Below the pieces are notes generated by a model. The model did not search any database, was not told where the DNA came from, and was given only the letters and a program-made list of their open reading frames with translations. Positions 47,167 to 55,172 of a stretch of DNA of 64,000 bases are shown in pieces. Origin of the DNA: Candidatus Latescibacterota bacterium. Its GTDB lineage: Bacteria; Latescibacterota; UBA2968; UBA8231. How positions within the stretch are numbered: the first letter of the stretch is position 1; each line of letters opens with the position of its first letter. The DNA lies in NCBI GenBank assembly GCA_965261395.1, contig OZ253462.1, forward strand, positions 3,072,001 to 3,136,000. The letters are read 5' to 3'. Position numbers and translations under genes: made by a program.

Positions 47167-48753
47167 ATGGTACAACTGCACGATGTGAATACCACAGATA
47201 TCGGCGACGCCATTCGCTTGGGTTGCCAAGCCATGGGCCGGGCTTTCAATGCCGATGACGCCGATATACCCTACGGAGGAGCGCAGGTGCGGCCCGAAGC
47301 CTTTTTGGGCGGCAGCATGGAAGGCCATATGCCGGGTCGTCTCTTGAACGCTATGCTGGCGGCTGAGGACGCCACGGGTTTGGACTTGGACGAAGAGGAG
47401 ATCGACAAGCATGCCCGTGCGGCTTTTTTCTCGTACAGCCGGGCACCTCTGCCCTTGCAGCGCATCGGCCAGCACACCAAGGGCGAGGGCGACCCCATTG
47501 AACTGCAAGAGCACAATTTGCGCGAGGGGTTCCACGCCCTCTACGCCTTAGCTGCTTTCCGCGAGTCCGAGCGGGCTATGGAATTGGCTGCGGCTAGCAT
47601 TGAGTTGCTGTTTGATTATTGGGTGCCCAATGAGCAATGGGATCGCGTCCGCCTCAAACGCGACACGCCGGTGCGCCTCCGCGATTCCGGCGAGACGACC
47701 TTCATCCAAGGGCCGGCGCGCGCCATTGGGCCGCTGGTCAAATTGTACCAAGTGACCGGGTACCAACCGGCCTTGGATTTGGCCACTCTGCTCAAGGACA
47801 AAGCCGTGCGCGAATTCTTTCTCGACGACGGCTCCTTTGCCACCGAGCGCTTTGGTCTGCACGTGCATTCGACCACTTGTGTGATGTCGTCGCTGGCTCA
47901 GCTAGCCGAATGCACTGGGGACGCCGGGCTAATGCAGCGAGTCAAGCGGTTCTACGATGGCGGCCTGTGGGATTTGCGCGATCAGATCGGCTGGTCCATT
48001 GAGGTATCGACCCGACCCCCGCCCTGTCGTCGGGGCGAGGCCAACAATACCGGCGATATTATCGAGACCGCGCTCATCTTGGGGCGCTGGGGCCACCCCG
48101 AGTACTACGCCGATGCCGAGCGCATGTTGCGCAGCCATTTGCTGCCGTCGCAATTGCGCGATGTCTCGTTTATCGTCGAGCCAGATAATCCCGAGGGGGT
48201 TGATGGCAAGCGCGAGGTGGCGCACAGGCTGCGCGGCGGCTTTGGTTTCCCTGCCCCCCACGGACACGAGCCGCTGGGCATCTGGCAATCGAACAAGCCG
48301 CGCATTGGCTTCAATATTGACATTGTCGGCGGGTCCGTAGGCTCGTTAGCCTCGGCGTACAAGGCGGTGATGCGCCGCGATGGAGCGGGGCATTGGGTGG
48401 ATATGCTATTCGACTGCGAGACCGAGGCCCTTGAAGTGCAGTCGCCCTATACGCATCCGCGCCTAGCGGTCAAAGTCAAGCAGCCGGGAGCACTGCACGT
48501 GCGTCTGCCGCCTTGGCTCGACGGCGATTGTCTCAAAGTCGAGGGTGCTGCACATCCGATCTTGCGCGACGGCTATGCGGTGATTGAGAATCCGCCCGTG
48601 GGAAGCTGGATCAGTCTTGCGTTTGACTTGCCCGTCCACGAGACGACCCTGACGTGGCGGGACAGCGCCATCCGCGCGCGGCTGTGCGGCGACGAAGTGG
48701 TGGCGATGGATAACTTCGGTACGGATCTGACCTTTTTCCCGCCGTTTGATTGA
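47167..48753 (+). CDS. Hypothetical protein, possibly GH127-like; paralog of 43613-45172
   Basis: Shares 'DVNTTD', 'HNLREG', 'HVHS', 'GEANNTGD', 'LPSQLRD', 'VVAMD.FG.DLTFF..FD'. Confidence 0.7.
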   Translation: MVQLHDVNTTDIGDAIRLGCQAMGRAFNADDADIPYGGAQVRPEAFLGGSMEGHMPGRLLNAMLAAEDATGLDLDEEEIDKHARAAFFSYSRAPLPLQRIGQHTKGEGDPIELQEHNLREGFHALYALAAFRESERAMELAAASIELLFDYWVPNEQWDRVRLKRDTPVRLRDSGETTFIQGPARAIGPLVKLYQVTGYQPALDLATLLKDKAVREFFLDDGSFATERFGLHVHSTTCVMSSLAQLAECTGDAGLMQRVKRFYDGGLWDLRDQIGWSIEVSTRPPPCRRGEANNTGDIIETALILGRWGHPEYYADAERMLRSHLLPSQLRDVSFIVEPDNPEGVDGKREVAHRLRGGFGFPAPHGHEPLGIWQSNKPRIGFNIDIVGGSVGSLASAYKAVMRRDGAGHWVDMLFDCETEALEVQSPYTHPRLAVKVKQPGALHVRLPPWLDGDCLKVEGAAHPILRDGYAVIENPPVGSWISLAFDLPVHETTLTWRDSAIRARLCGDEVVAMDNFGTDLTFFPPFD

Positions 48754-48794
48754 GCCGACCCCAGCCCCTGCTATTTCACGCCTAAAGGCGCGGC

Positions 48795-50375
48795 TCAGGC
48801 AAAGTACTCCTCGTCGTCCCGCAGCGCATTGCGGTGCGGCAGATATTCGACCACCAGCTCCACCTCCGCTAGGGTCACCGGGTGAATGAGCTGGGCGTCC
48901 TTCTCCACGACCTCCACCTCCACCGTATTTATCCCCCTCTGGGGCAGGCGCTGGATCTGTTTGAGATCGATGTGCAGCCGGTACCCGTTGACCGCGTAAT
49001 CCGGCCTGGGGCGCAACTGGTAGGTCCAGTCGGCCTTGCGCCACGCGGTCTCGGGTATTTCACTGCCATTCCACTTCAGCCCGATCCGGTCCTCGTACGT
49101 CAGGTGCTGCAACAACAGGCGCAACTCGCAGCGCCACAACTCGCCGGCTCGATCCCGGCCGGCCACGTCGTCGCTCACCTCCAGCGTGAATGGCCGCGCT
49201 GGATCTCCGCACGGCAATTCGGCCGGTAGCTGTTCGGCCAGGCCATAGGCAGGGGCTGACTTGGGATTGATGGGCATGCCGAGCCGGTACTTCTTGTCGA
49301 GATTGTCCAGCAAGTCCGGATGCCCCATAAACCTCAGCCTGCCAGCCGCCTCGTCATCGTACGGATAGCGCTTGGGCTCTGGGTAATAAGTGTGGAAGAA
49401 CACGCCGTGGACCCCAGCGGCATAGGCATTGGTTGCCGCGGCCCGCACTGCCAGCCGGGAAAGCTCGGGGTTATTGGTCGATTCCATACCCGCCAACACC
49501 TGCACATCCCCACCTTCGGCCGCGGCAACAATGGTCCGCAATCCAGTGGTGTCGTTTGCAAAACCACCGACGATCTGCATGCAGATCAGCGCGTCGACGA
49601 TCCCCTCCTCGATCCAGGTCTCCACGTCCATCCCCATGCGCTTGTTGCCGTCTAGGGTCGCGCCTATGCGGACCACCAACCGCTTGGGACGATCCTGCTC
49701 TGCGGCCGCCCGGTCGCAGACCCGGCGTATTTCCCGCATCCACTCGGTCAAGGTCTCGGTGTGCTCGGCGACCTCCCCGCGGCCGATAAACGGCGCGTAG
49801 TCGTGCATGTTCAGCTCAATGCCGTCGCCGGGGTAATCCCCGACCAACTCGGCGATCACCGCCAGCCGGTCGGCCCGTACTTCGGGTACGGCAAAGGATA
49901 GCCGGTTGGGGTTGTCGAAGCGGGCCTCGGGGTACTCGGGCTCGTCGCCGACCTGCCATTCGGGATGCTCGGTGGTGAAGTCGGCCACCCGGCAATTGGT
50001 GACGCGGCCGTGCGGCGTGTGAATCATGTTCAACAGCAGGCTGGGCAGAAACTGGAAACCGCGCTGCTGCGCCCGCTGGCACACGAGCATGAGCGGGTCC
50101 GTGCCCTGTTCGATCATCAGCCTGGCGTTGTGCGCCGCCCGCCACCAAATATCGTGGTCGGTCAGGTCGACGTTGTGCCCCCAGCGCTCGCCGACCTTGG
50201 TGGCGTAGAGCAAGACGCTGCAGTCGCCCACGGCATAGGTGATGGTGTCAATGCCGAGATCAACCAGCTCGTCGATGGGCTCTAGGTACTGCTTGGCCCC
50301 CATGGGCGGCTCGTACAAGTACACGCTTGAATGGCGGCCGTCGGTGTAGAACATCACCTCGTGGGTCTTGCTCAT
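48795..50375 (-). CDS. Hypothetical glycoside-hydrolase-like TIM-barrel protein (GHL10-like)
   Basis: 'GTDPL', 'F..EHPEW', 'LSFAVPEVR', 'YPGDGIEL', 'DVETWIEEG.VD'; GAGGAGG SD. Confidence 0.7.
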   Translation of the reverse strand: MSKTHEVMFYTDGRHSSVYLYEPPMGAKQYLEPIDELVDLGIDTITYAVGDCSVLLYATKVGERWGHNVDLTDHDIWWRAAHNARLMIEQGTDPLMLVCQRAQQRGFQFLPSLLLNMIHTPHGRVTNCRVADFTTEHPEWQVGDEPEYPEARFDNPNRLSFAVPEVRADRLAVIAELVGDYPGDGIELNMHDYAPFIGRGEVAEHTETLTEWMREIRRVCDRAAAEQDRPKRLVVRIGATLDGNKRMGMDVETWIEEGIVDALICMQIVGGFANDTTGLRTIVAAAEGGDVQVLAGMESTNNPELSRLAVRAAATNAYAAGVHGVFFHTYYPEPKRYPYDDEAAGRLRFMGHPDLLDNLDKKYRLGMPINPKSAPAYGLAEQLPAELPCGDPARPFTLEVSDDVAGRDRAGELWRCELRLLLQHLTYEDRIGLKWNGSEIPETAWRKADWTYQLRPRPDYAVNGYRLHIDLKQIQRLPQRGINTVEVEVVEKDAQLIHPVTLAEVELVVEYLPHRNALRDDEEYFA

Positions 50376-50562
50376 GATCGTCCTCCTCGTCTCTTGTCTG
50401 GCGCTGCGGCCTCCTGAGCTCACAGCGCCAATTCGGTGCGTCAACAGGTGCAATTAACCCCAACCGGGCGGCGCGATCAAGTCCCTTTGGCAAGATCTTG
50501 ACCCACCAGCGACAATGCCCTATGCTTGGCCATTCGCCGCCCCCAAATGATTGAGGACGCCC

Positions 50563-51456
50563 ATGATATTCACCGATGCGCAATTGGCTCAGTACGAAGA
50601 GCAAGGCGCCGTGACCATCGACAGCCCCTTCACCACCGAGCAGTTGGACCGAGCCGAGGCGGCGTGGGACCGCTTGCGGCACCAAGGCGGTGAACCGCAC
50701 GAGGATCCGGATTACATCGAAGTCATCCAGCACCCGTACTTTGAGGAGGTGGCCAAAAAGCTGCTGCGCGCCGAGGCGGTCCATTTGTGGTGGGGCTTGG
50801 CCCCCCACGAGCGGGCCCCGGCCTCAGCGCCGTACGCCGACCCCCGCCAGCAGTGGGCGCGCGGGTGCCACGTGGACATCCAGGCCACGCTGGAGGATTT
50901 TGCGGCCACTCCCCGCCGGATGCGGGCCGAGTTGTGGTTCTGGCTCAACGATGTGCCCGCGCACCGCGGTGCCATGCGCATCCTGCCCGGCAGCCACCGC
51001 TCCATCATGGCGCACTGGAGTCGGGTCCTCCGGCCCGAGCACAAAGCCGAACTGCCCCGCGTGCACGGCCTGCGGCCGGCTCCCGTCCCGTCGACTGCGT
51101 CCGCTTTCCCCGAGTACGTCCCGGACCTGGGCGAAAGGCCCTGGCTCGAGTGCGAGCCCATCCCCGCAGTGGCGCGCCGGGGACAGATCCTAGTGCTCTG
51201 CAGCGCCGGACTGCACTCGGCTTGGCAGAATGAGGACACCGTGCCCCGCAAAGCCATGGGCACCTCGTGGGTCGCCGCCGGAGTTTCATGCGGCCTGCCC
51301 AAGAACCAGCGCGACGCCCTGATGGATTTCTTCCCCCGGCTGCGGCGCCAACTGCGCCCGGACCGCGCCCACATTGCGCCGGATCATTTCGACTGGCTCT
51401 TTGAAAGCGACTACGATCCGCTTTGGCCGGAGACTTTTCCGCCCTCCCATTCATAG
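50563..51456 (+). CDS. Phytanoyl-CoA dioxygenase (PhyH) family Fe(II)/2OG dioxygenase
   Basis: 'Q..QYEEQG', HxD 'HVD', 'GAMRILPGSH', distal His 'LHSA'. Confidence 0.82.
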   Translation: MIFTDAQLAQYEEQGAVTIDSPFTTEQLDRAEAAWDRLRHQGGEPHEDPDYIEVIQHPYFEEVAKKLLRAEAVHLWWGLAPHERAPASAPYADPRQQWARGCHVDIQATLEDFAATPRRMRAELWFWLNDVPAHRGAMRILPGSHRSIMAHWSRVLRPEHKAELPRVHGLRPAPVPSTASAFPEYVPDLGERPWLECEPIPAVARRGQILVLCSAGLHSAWQNEDTVPRKAMGTSWVAAGVSCGLPKNQRDALMDFFPRLRRQLRPDRAHIAPDHFDWLFESDYDPLWPETFPPSHS

Positions 51457-51507
51457 GCGAGGACTCCGCGCTCTACAAGCCTCGATTCCGCCGGCTGAGC
51501 TTTTCCG

Positions 51508-52638
51508 CTAGCTCCTCCGGGAACTCGGCTGGACCTCTGCGACGAAGAAGTCGTCGGGGAGGATGCTCTTGGTCTCGACCGCGTGACTGTACTCCGGCAG
51601 CCCGATTGTCGTCACCACGCCCATGGCCGTGAAGTGCTCGCACTCGCCGCTGGCCCCGCTCTTATTGCCCCCGCTGTGGCCGCGCAGCCAAGCGGCGTCG
51701 ATGACGCGCATCCCCTTCCACATGCCCCGGGTGGCATTGAGGTGGCCGAAGCGCGCCAGATCAGAGGCGCTGATGACCACCCAACCCGGGCCGCTGCGCA
51801 CAACCTGGCCGCCAATTTCGTAGGGTGGGTCGAGGTAGGTGTATGCGTCCGGAATGGCGGGATAGAGGTATTTCCGCTCTTTCACTTCGCCGCCGGCGAG
51901 CCAGTCCCAGCGCTCGTACGGGATGCCAATGGCGTCGAACAGGCGCTCCTGGACCACGTCCTTGAGGTCGCGGCCCCAAACGTAGGTCAGCGCTTGGCCC
52001 AACCGCCAGAAGCCGGCGCTGCTGTACAGCCCCTCGGTGCCCGGTTCGGCATGGGCGTAGCAGTCGCAGAAGGGATCGCCCGTCCAATTGGCCCATTCGG
52101 GGACGCCAGAAACCGCGTCCCGCTCTTCGAGACCAGTGCGCTGCTCCCGCCAGCGGATGCCGATTTCAAAGGGGAAGCCGCCCCAGTGCAGGCTCTCATC
52201 GCGCCGCCCAATCAAGTGGCGCCAGGTGAGTTTTTGGTGGTGGCCGCAATCGAGGTACTTGTGCTCGTGCGATAGCTGCCCGGCTCCGGTCCACGTTTGG
52301 TGGATCGGCTCGTCCGGGTCGAGGAGGCCGTCGCCAACGGCCGCGCCCAGCGCCACCCACGTTAAGGCCTTGCCGACCGAGGCTGTCTGATGCCGATAGT
52401 GGCGGTCGCCCCAAGCGTGCACCAGGTATCCGCCGCGCGTGAGCACGGTGCCGTACTGGTCGCCGCTGTGGTCCTCGCCGCCAAAGCTCGCCCCCCTGAC
52501 ATCAAGGCTGGCCAGCCAGGCGGCGAATTTCCGCGCATCGAGACCGGCTTCGGCGGGCGTGATCTGCACCCAGTCGCGATCCGGGTACGCGACCCAGTCC
52601 GGTACTTGTACCGTTGCCGTCGGGGCGATCAGATTCAT
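51508..52638 (-). CDS. Serine hydrolase (beta-lactamase-related)
   Basis: SxxK 'SVGK', 'YSS', 'SASDLARFG', 'HSGG'. Confidence 0.78.
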   Translation of the reverse strand: MNLIAPTATVQVPDWVAYPDRDWVQITPAEAGLDARKFAAWLASLDVRGASFGGEDHSGDQYGTVLTRGGYLVHAWGDRHYRHQTASVGKALTWVALGAAVGDGLLDPDEPIHQTWTGAGQLSHEHKYLDCGHHQKLTWRHLIGRRDESLHWGGFPFEIGIRWREQRTGLEERDAVSGVPEWANWTGDPFCDCYAHAEPGTEGLYSSAGFWRLGQALTYVWGRDLKDVVQERLFDAIGIPYERWDWLAGGEVKERKYLYPAIPDAYTYLDPPYEIGGQVVRSGPGWVVISASDLARFGHLNATRGMWKGMRVIDAAWLRGHSGGNKSGASGECEHFTAMGVVTTIGLPEYSHAVETKSILPDDFFVAEVQPSSRRS

Positions 52639-52657
52639 GGTTCAACTCCTTTCGACC

Positions 52658-53737
52658 CTAGTCGACTAACTCGCTGCCTCGGCGGTTGGCGACGGAGCGC
52701 GGCGTCAGGTCGAAGAGGGTCTCGTGCCCGTGGAAGAAGCGGTCGAGTTCGTCGACCATCAGCTCGAAAAAACGCGGGTAGCTCTGCTCTGTCACGCCGG
52801 CGATGTGGGGGGTGACGAAGACGTTTTCCAAGTGGAGAACCTCCTTGTCGCCATAGGCGTCCTCCGCTCCCACATCCGGGTCGAACACGTCTAGGCCGGC
52901 GACGATGTCGCCCCGCTTGAGCCGCCTCACCAGCGCATCCGAATCCACTACTTTGCCCCGAGACACATTGACGAACACCGCGCCCGGCCGGATCAGGTCC
53001 AGCTCCCGTTGTCCAATCATGCGCTCGGTGCGCGGGGTGTGCGGGGCTAGGCAGACGATGGCGTCGCATTGGGACATCACGTTGTCCAACGAGGTTTTGA
53101 GGAAGCCGACGGCGTCTGCCATCTCCCGCGCCAGATAGGGATCGCACACCCACACCTCGGTTTGGAAGGGGCGCAAAAACTGGATTAGCCGTCGGCCAAT
53201 ATGGCCGCAGCCGATCAGGCCGACTCGCTTGCCGGTTAGATCGCCGTGGATAAAGCCAAAGTCGCTGTGCGGACGAGGGCTCACATCGCCGGCGATGAGG
53301 CGGCGGAATTGGGCACCGGCGTTGCGCAGGGAGATGATGATGAGCGCCAAGGCCCACTCGGACACTGGATACGACGAGCCGTTGGTCGTATCGACCGTAC
53401 AGACGCCCCGTTCCCAAGCGGCTTCGACGTCGATGCGGCTGGCAAAGCGGTCGCCCTCTAGCTCGCCGATTATCTTCAGGTCGGGGGCTTGATCCAAGAT
53501 CGCGGCATCGATCGTTGGGCAACCGTGGCAGACTACTAACCCGTCGTAACTACCTAGCCGCTCGCCCAACGCCCGGGCGGTTTCGGGGTCTGCGTTGGTG
53601 TCGTAAATGCTGCCGCCCTCGCATTCGAACCAGTCCCAGTCGGCGAAGGCTTCGAGGCGTGCGAAATCGGTCGCGGCGAGGTACTGCTCGCGCACGTGCT
53701 TGTTGCAGGCGATGAGTATTTGGGGGCGTGCGTTCAT
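52658..53737 (-). CDS. D-2-hydroxyacid dehydrogenase family protein
   Basis: 'GLIGCGHIG', 'VNVSRG', 'LDVFD', 'TPHIAG'. Confidence 0.9.
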   Translation of the reverse strand: MNARPQILIACNKHVREQYLAATDFARLEAFADWDWFECEGGSIYDTNADPETARALGERLGSYDGLVVCHGCPTIDAAILDQAPDLKIIGELEGDRFASRIDVEAAWERGVCTVDTTNGSSYPVSEWALALIIISLRNAGAQFRRLIAGDVSPRPHSDFGFIHGDLTGKRVGLIGCGHIGRRLIQFLRPFQTEVWVCDPYLAREMADAVGFLKTSLDNVMSQCDAIVCLAPHTPRTERMIGQRELDLIRPGAVFVNVSRGKVVDSDALVRRLKRGDIVAGLDVFDPDVGAEDAYGDKEVLHLENVFVTPHIAGVTEQSYPRFFELMVDELDRFFHGHETLFDLTPRSVANRRGSELVD

Positions 53738-53761
53738 GGTTGCAGTCTCCGTTTAAGTTAG

Positions 53762-55003
53762 TTATTCCACTTCCACTAACACTTGGCGTTGGGCTGGGTC
53801 AAAGGCGACTAAAGTAGCTCCGTCCTCTAACAGGAAAGTGTCGCTTTTGAAAGAGGCACGGCTCGAAGCTCGCGTCAATGGGCGGCCATCTACCCGCACT
53901 GAGCGCACCTGCCCATCTGTCAGGCGCAGGGTCAAATCAGGGGTCTGCACCGGCAGGTCGAGGCGGATGGTGTTGCCCTCTACTGAAATCTCGGCCATTG
54001 CGCGGGTGCAGGCATAGGTGGTGATCTGGCTACAGGTGCGCCATTGGGTGCGCTCTCCTCTGGGATCGCGCTCGGCGAGGCGGCTCACCACCTTCTTGAA
54101 TGCCTTAAAGCCGCGCCGGTCCTCATCGTGTAGCCCATAAAACCCCTGCCAATGGCTGATGAGCACAGCCGGCTCGCCCGCGTCAATGAGGGCCGGTAGG
54201 CGGCCGCTTTCTAGGTCGGGAGCGATGTACTTGTCGGGATCGACCTCGCCATACCCGGTCCAACTGCCAGTCCAGTCGCCGGTGGAGGCGATGATTTCGC
54301 CAGTGGCTTGGCCGGTCTGGCGATCGGGGTACCACACGGGGGTATCCACCGTGGCCTCCCTAGAGATCCGCTGAAAAAAGTAGGGCACGGGGTTGCCCGT
54401 GACTTGGCGCACGGCCTCGCCAGCACAGTGGGCGTAAAAGGGCAAGGTGCGGCCGCCGAAACCGCCCGGTGAGGTTACCCCTTGGGGCGTCAAGCCCACA
54501 GCGACTAAAATGCGGCATGCTTGGGCGATGTACTCGGTGACCAATTCTTCTTGATCTTCGGGCAGCGTGGCCCACTCGTATTGCTCCCATATTCTGGAGG
54601 GGAGCGGCTGCAAGGTTTTGGGATCTAGCACGAACGTATGGGTGAGCATCTCGGGCGTGATGTCGAAGGCAGGGACGATTACCTCGCGGCACATGGCCAG
54701 CCATTCGTCTTGCTGGGCTTTGCTGAAGAGGGGCAGCCCCTCGTCGATGCGCCCTAGAGCCGCCGGACAGGGCACCACCGAGAACTTGCCCCGGACGCCG
54801 CTTGTTAGGCACCACTCGGCAAATTCACGGGTAAAGGACGTAGGATGGGCCACCGGCACATCCTCCCAGCGCTGGGGACGGCCCTCGGCGATAGTGCGAT
54901 CGCGGAGGAAGAAATAGTTGAGGTTGACCAGCACCGTGGAATCGTCGAAGATGATGGACAAGGGCACTCGATCGAGGGCGTGACGGGCGATTTCAGCGAA
55001 CAG
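53762..55003 (-). CDS. Conserved hypothetical protein; probable CTG start
   Basis: Long ORF ('PLSIIFDDS', 'GVRGKFSVVP.PA', 'DITPEMLTH', 'GVTSPGGFG', 'SHWQG'); AAAGGAGGT SD 5 nt before an in-frame CTG. Confidence 0.75.
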   Translation of the reverse strand: MFAEIARHALDRVPLSIIFDDSTVLVNLNYFFLRDRTIAEGRPQRWEDVPVAHPTSFTREFAEWCLTSGVRGKFSVVPCPAALGRIDEGLPLFSKAQQDEWLAMCREVIVPAFDITPEMLTHTFVLDPKTLQPLPSRIWEQYEWATLPEDQEELVTEYIAQACRILVAVGLTPQGVTSPGGFGGRTLPFYAHCAGEAVRQVTGNPVPYFFQRISREATVDTPVWYPDRQTGQATGEIIASTGDWTGSWTGYGEVDPDKYIAPDLESGRLPALIDAGEPAVLISHWQGFYGLHDEDRRGFKAFKKVVSRLAERDPRGERTQWRTCSQITTYACTRAMAEISVEGNTIRLDLPVQTPDLTLRLTDGQVRSVRVDGRPLTRASSRASFKSDTFLLEDGATLVAFDPAQRQVLVEVE

Positions 55004-55172
55004 GGGACACCTCCTTTGTTGTAACAATCTGCCGTGGCTGAGCGGCTTTTGGCGTCTAATATACTATGCTCTCTTGCCGTTACAAAAACTACACCCAATG
55101 GGGCAAATCCGCCGCGCACCGGCTGGGGTTGACTCCTGATCTGCTAGGTGCGGCCTGTGGGGGATACGACCC

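Noticed and set aside
46387-47535. 382-aa antisense ORF (and similar ones at 30015-31262, 41009-41977 and 59400-60383)
   Set aside because: They overlap well-supported genes on the opposite strand and have no recognisable motifs.
5397-50375. Other TGA-ending genes as Sec read-through candidates
   Set aside because: Those checked end at natural family C-termini or overlap the next start codon (ATGA), with no in-frame domain continuation.
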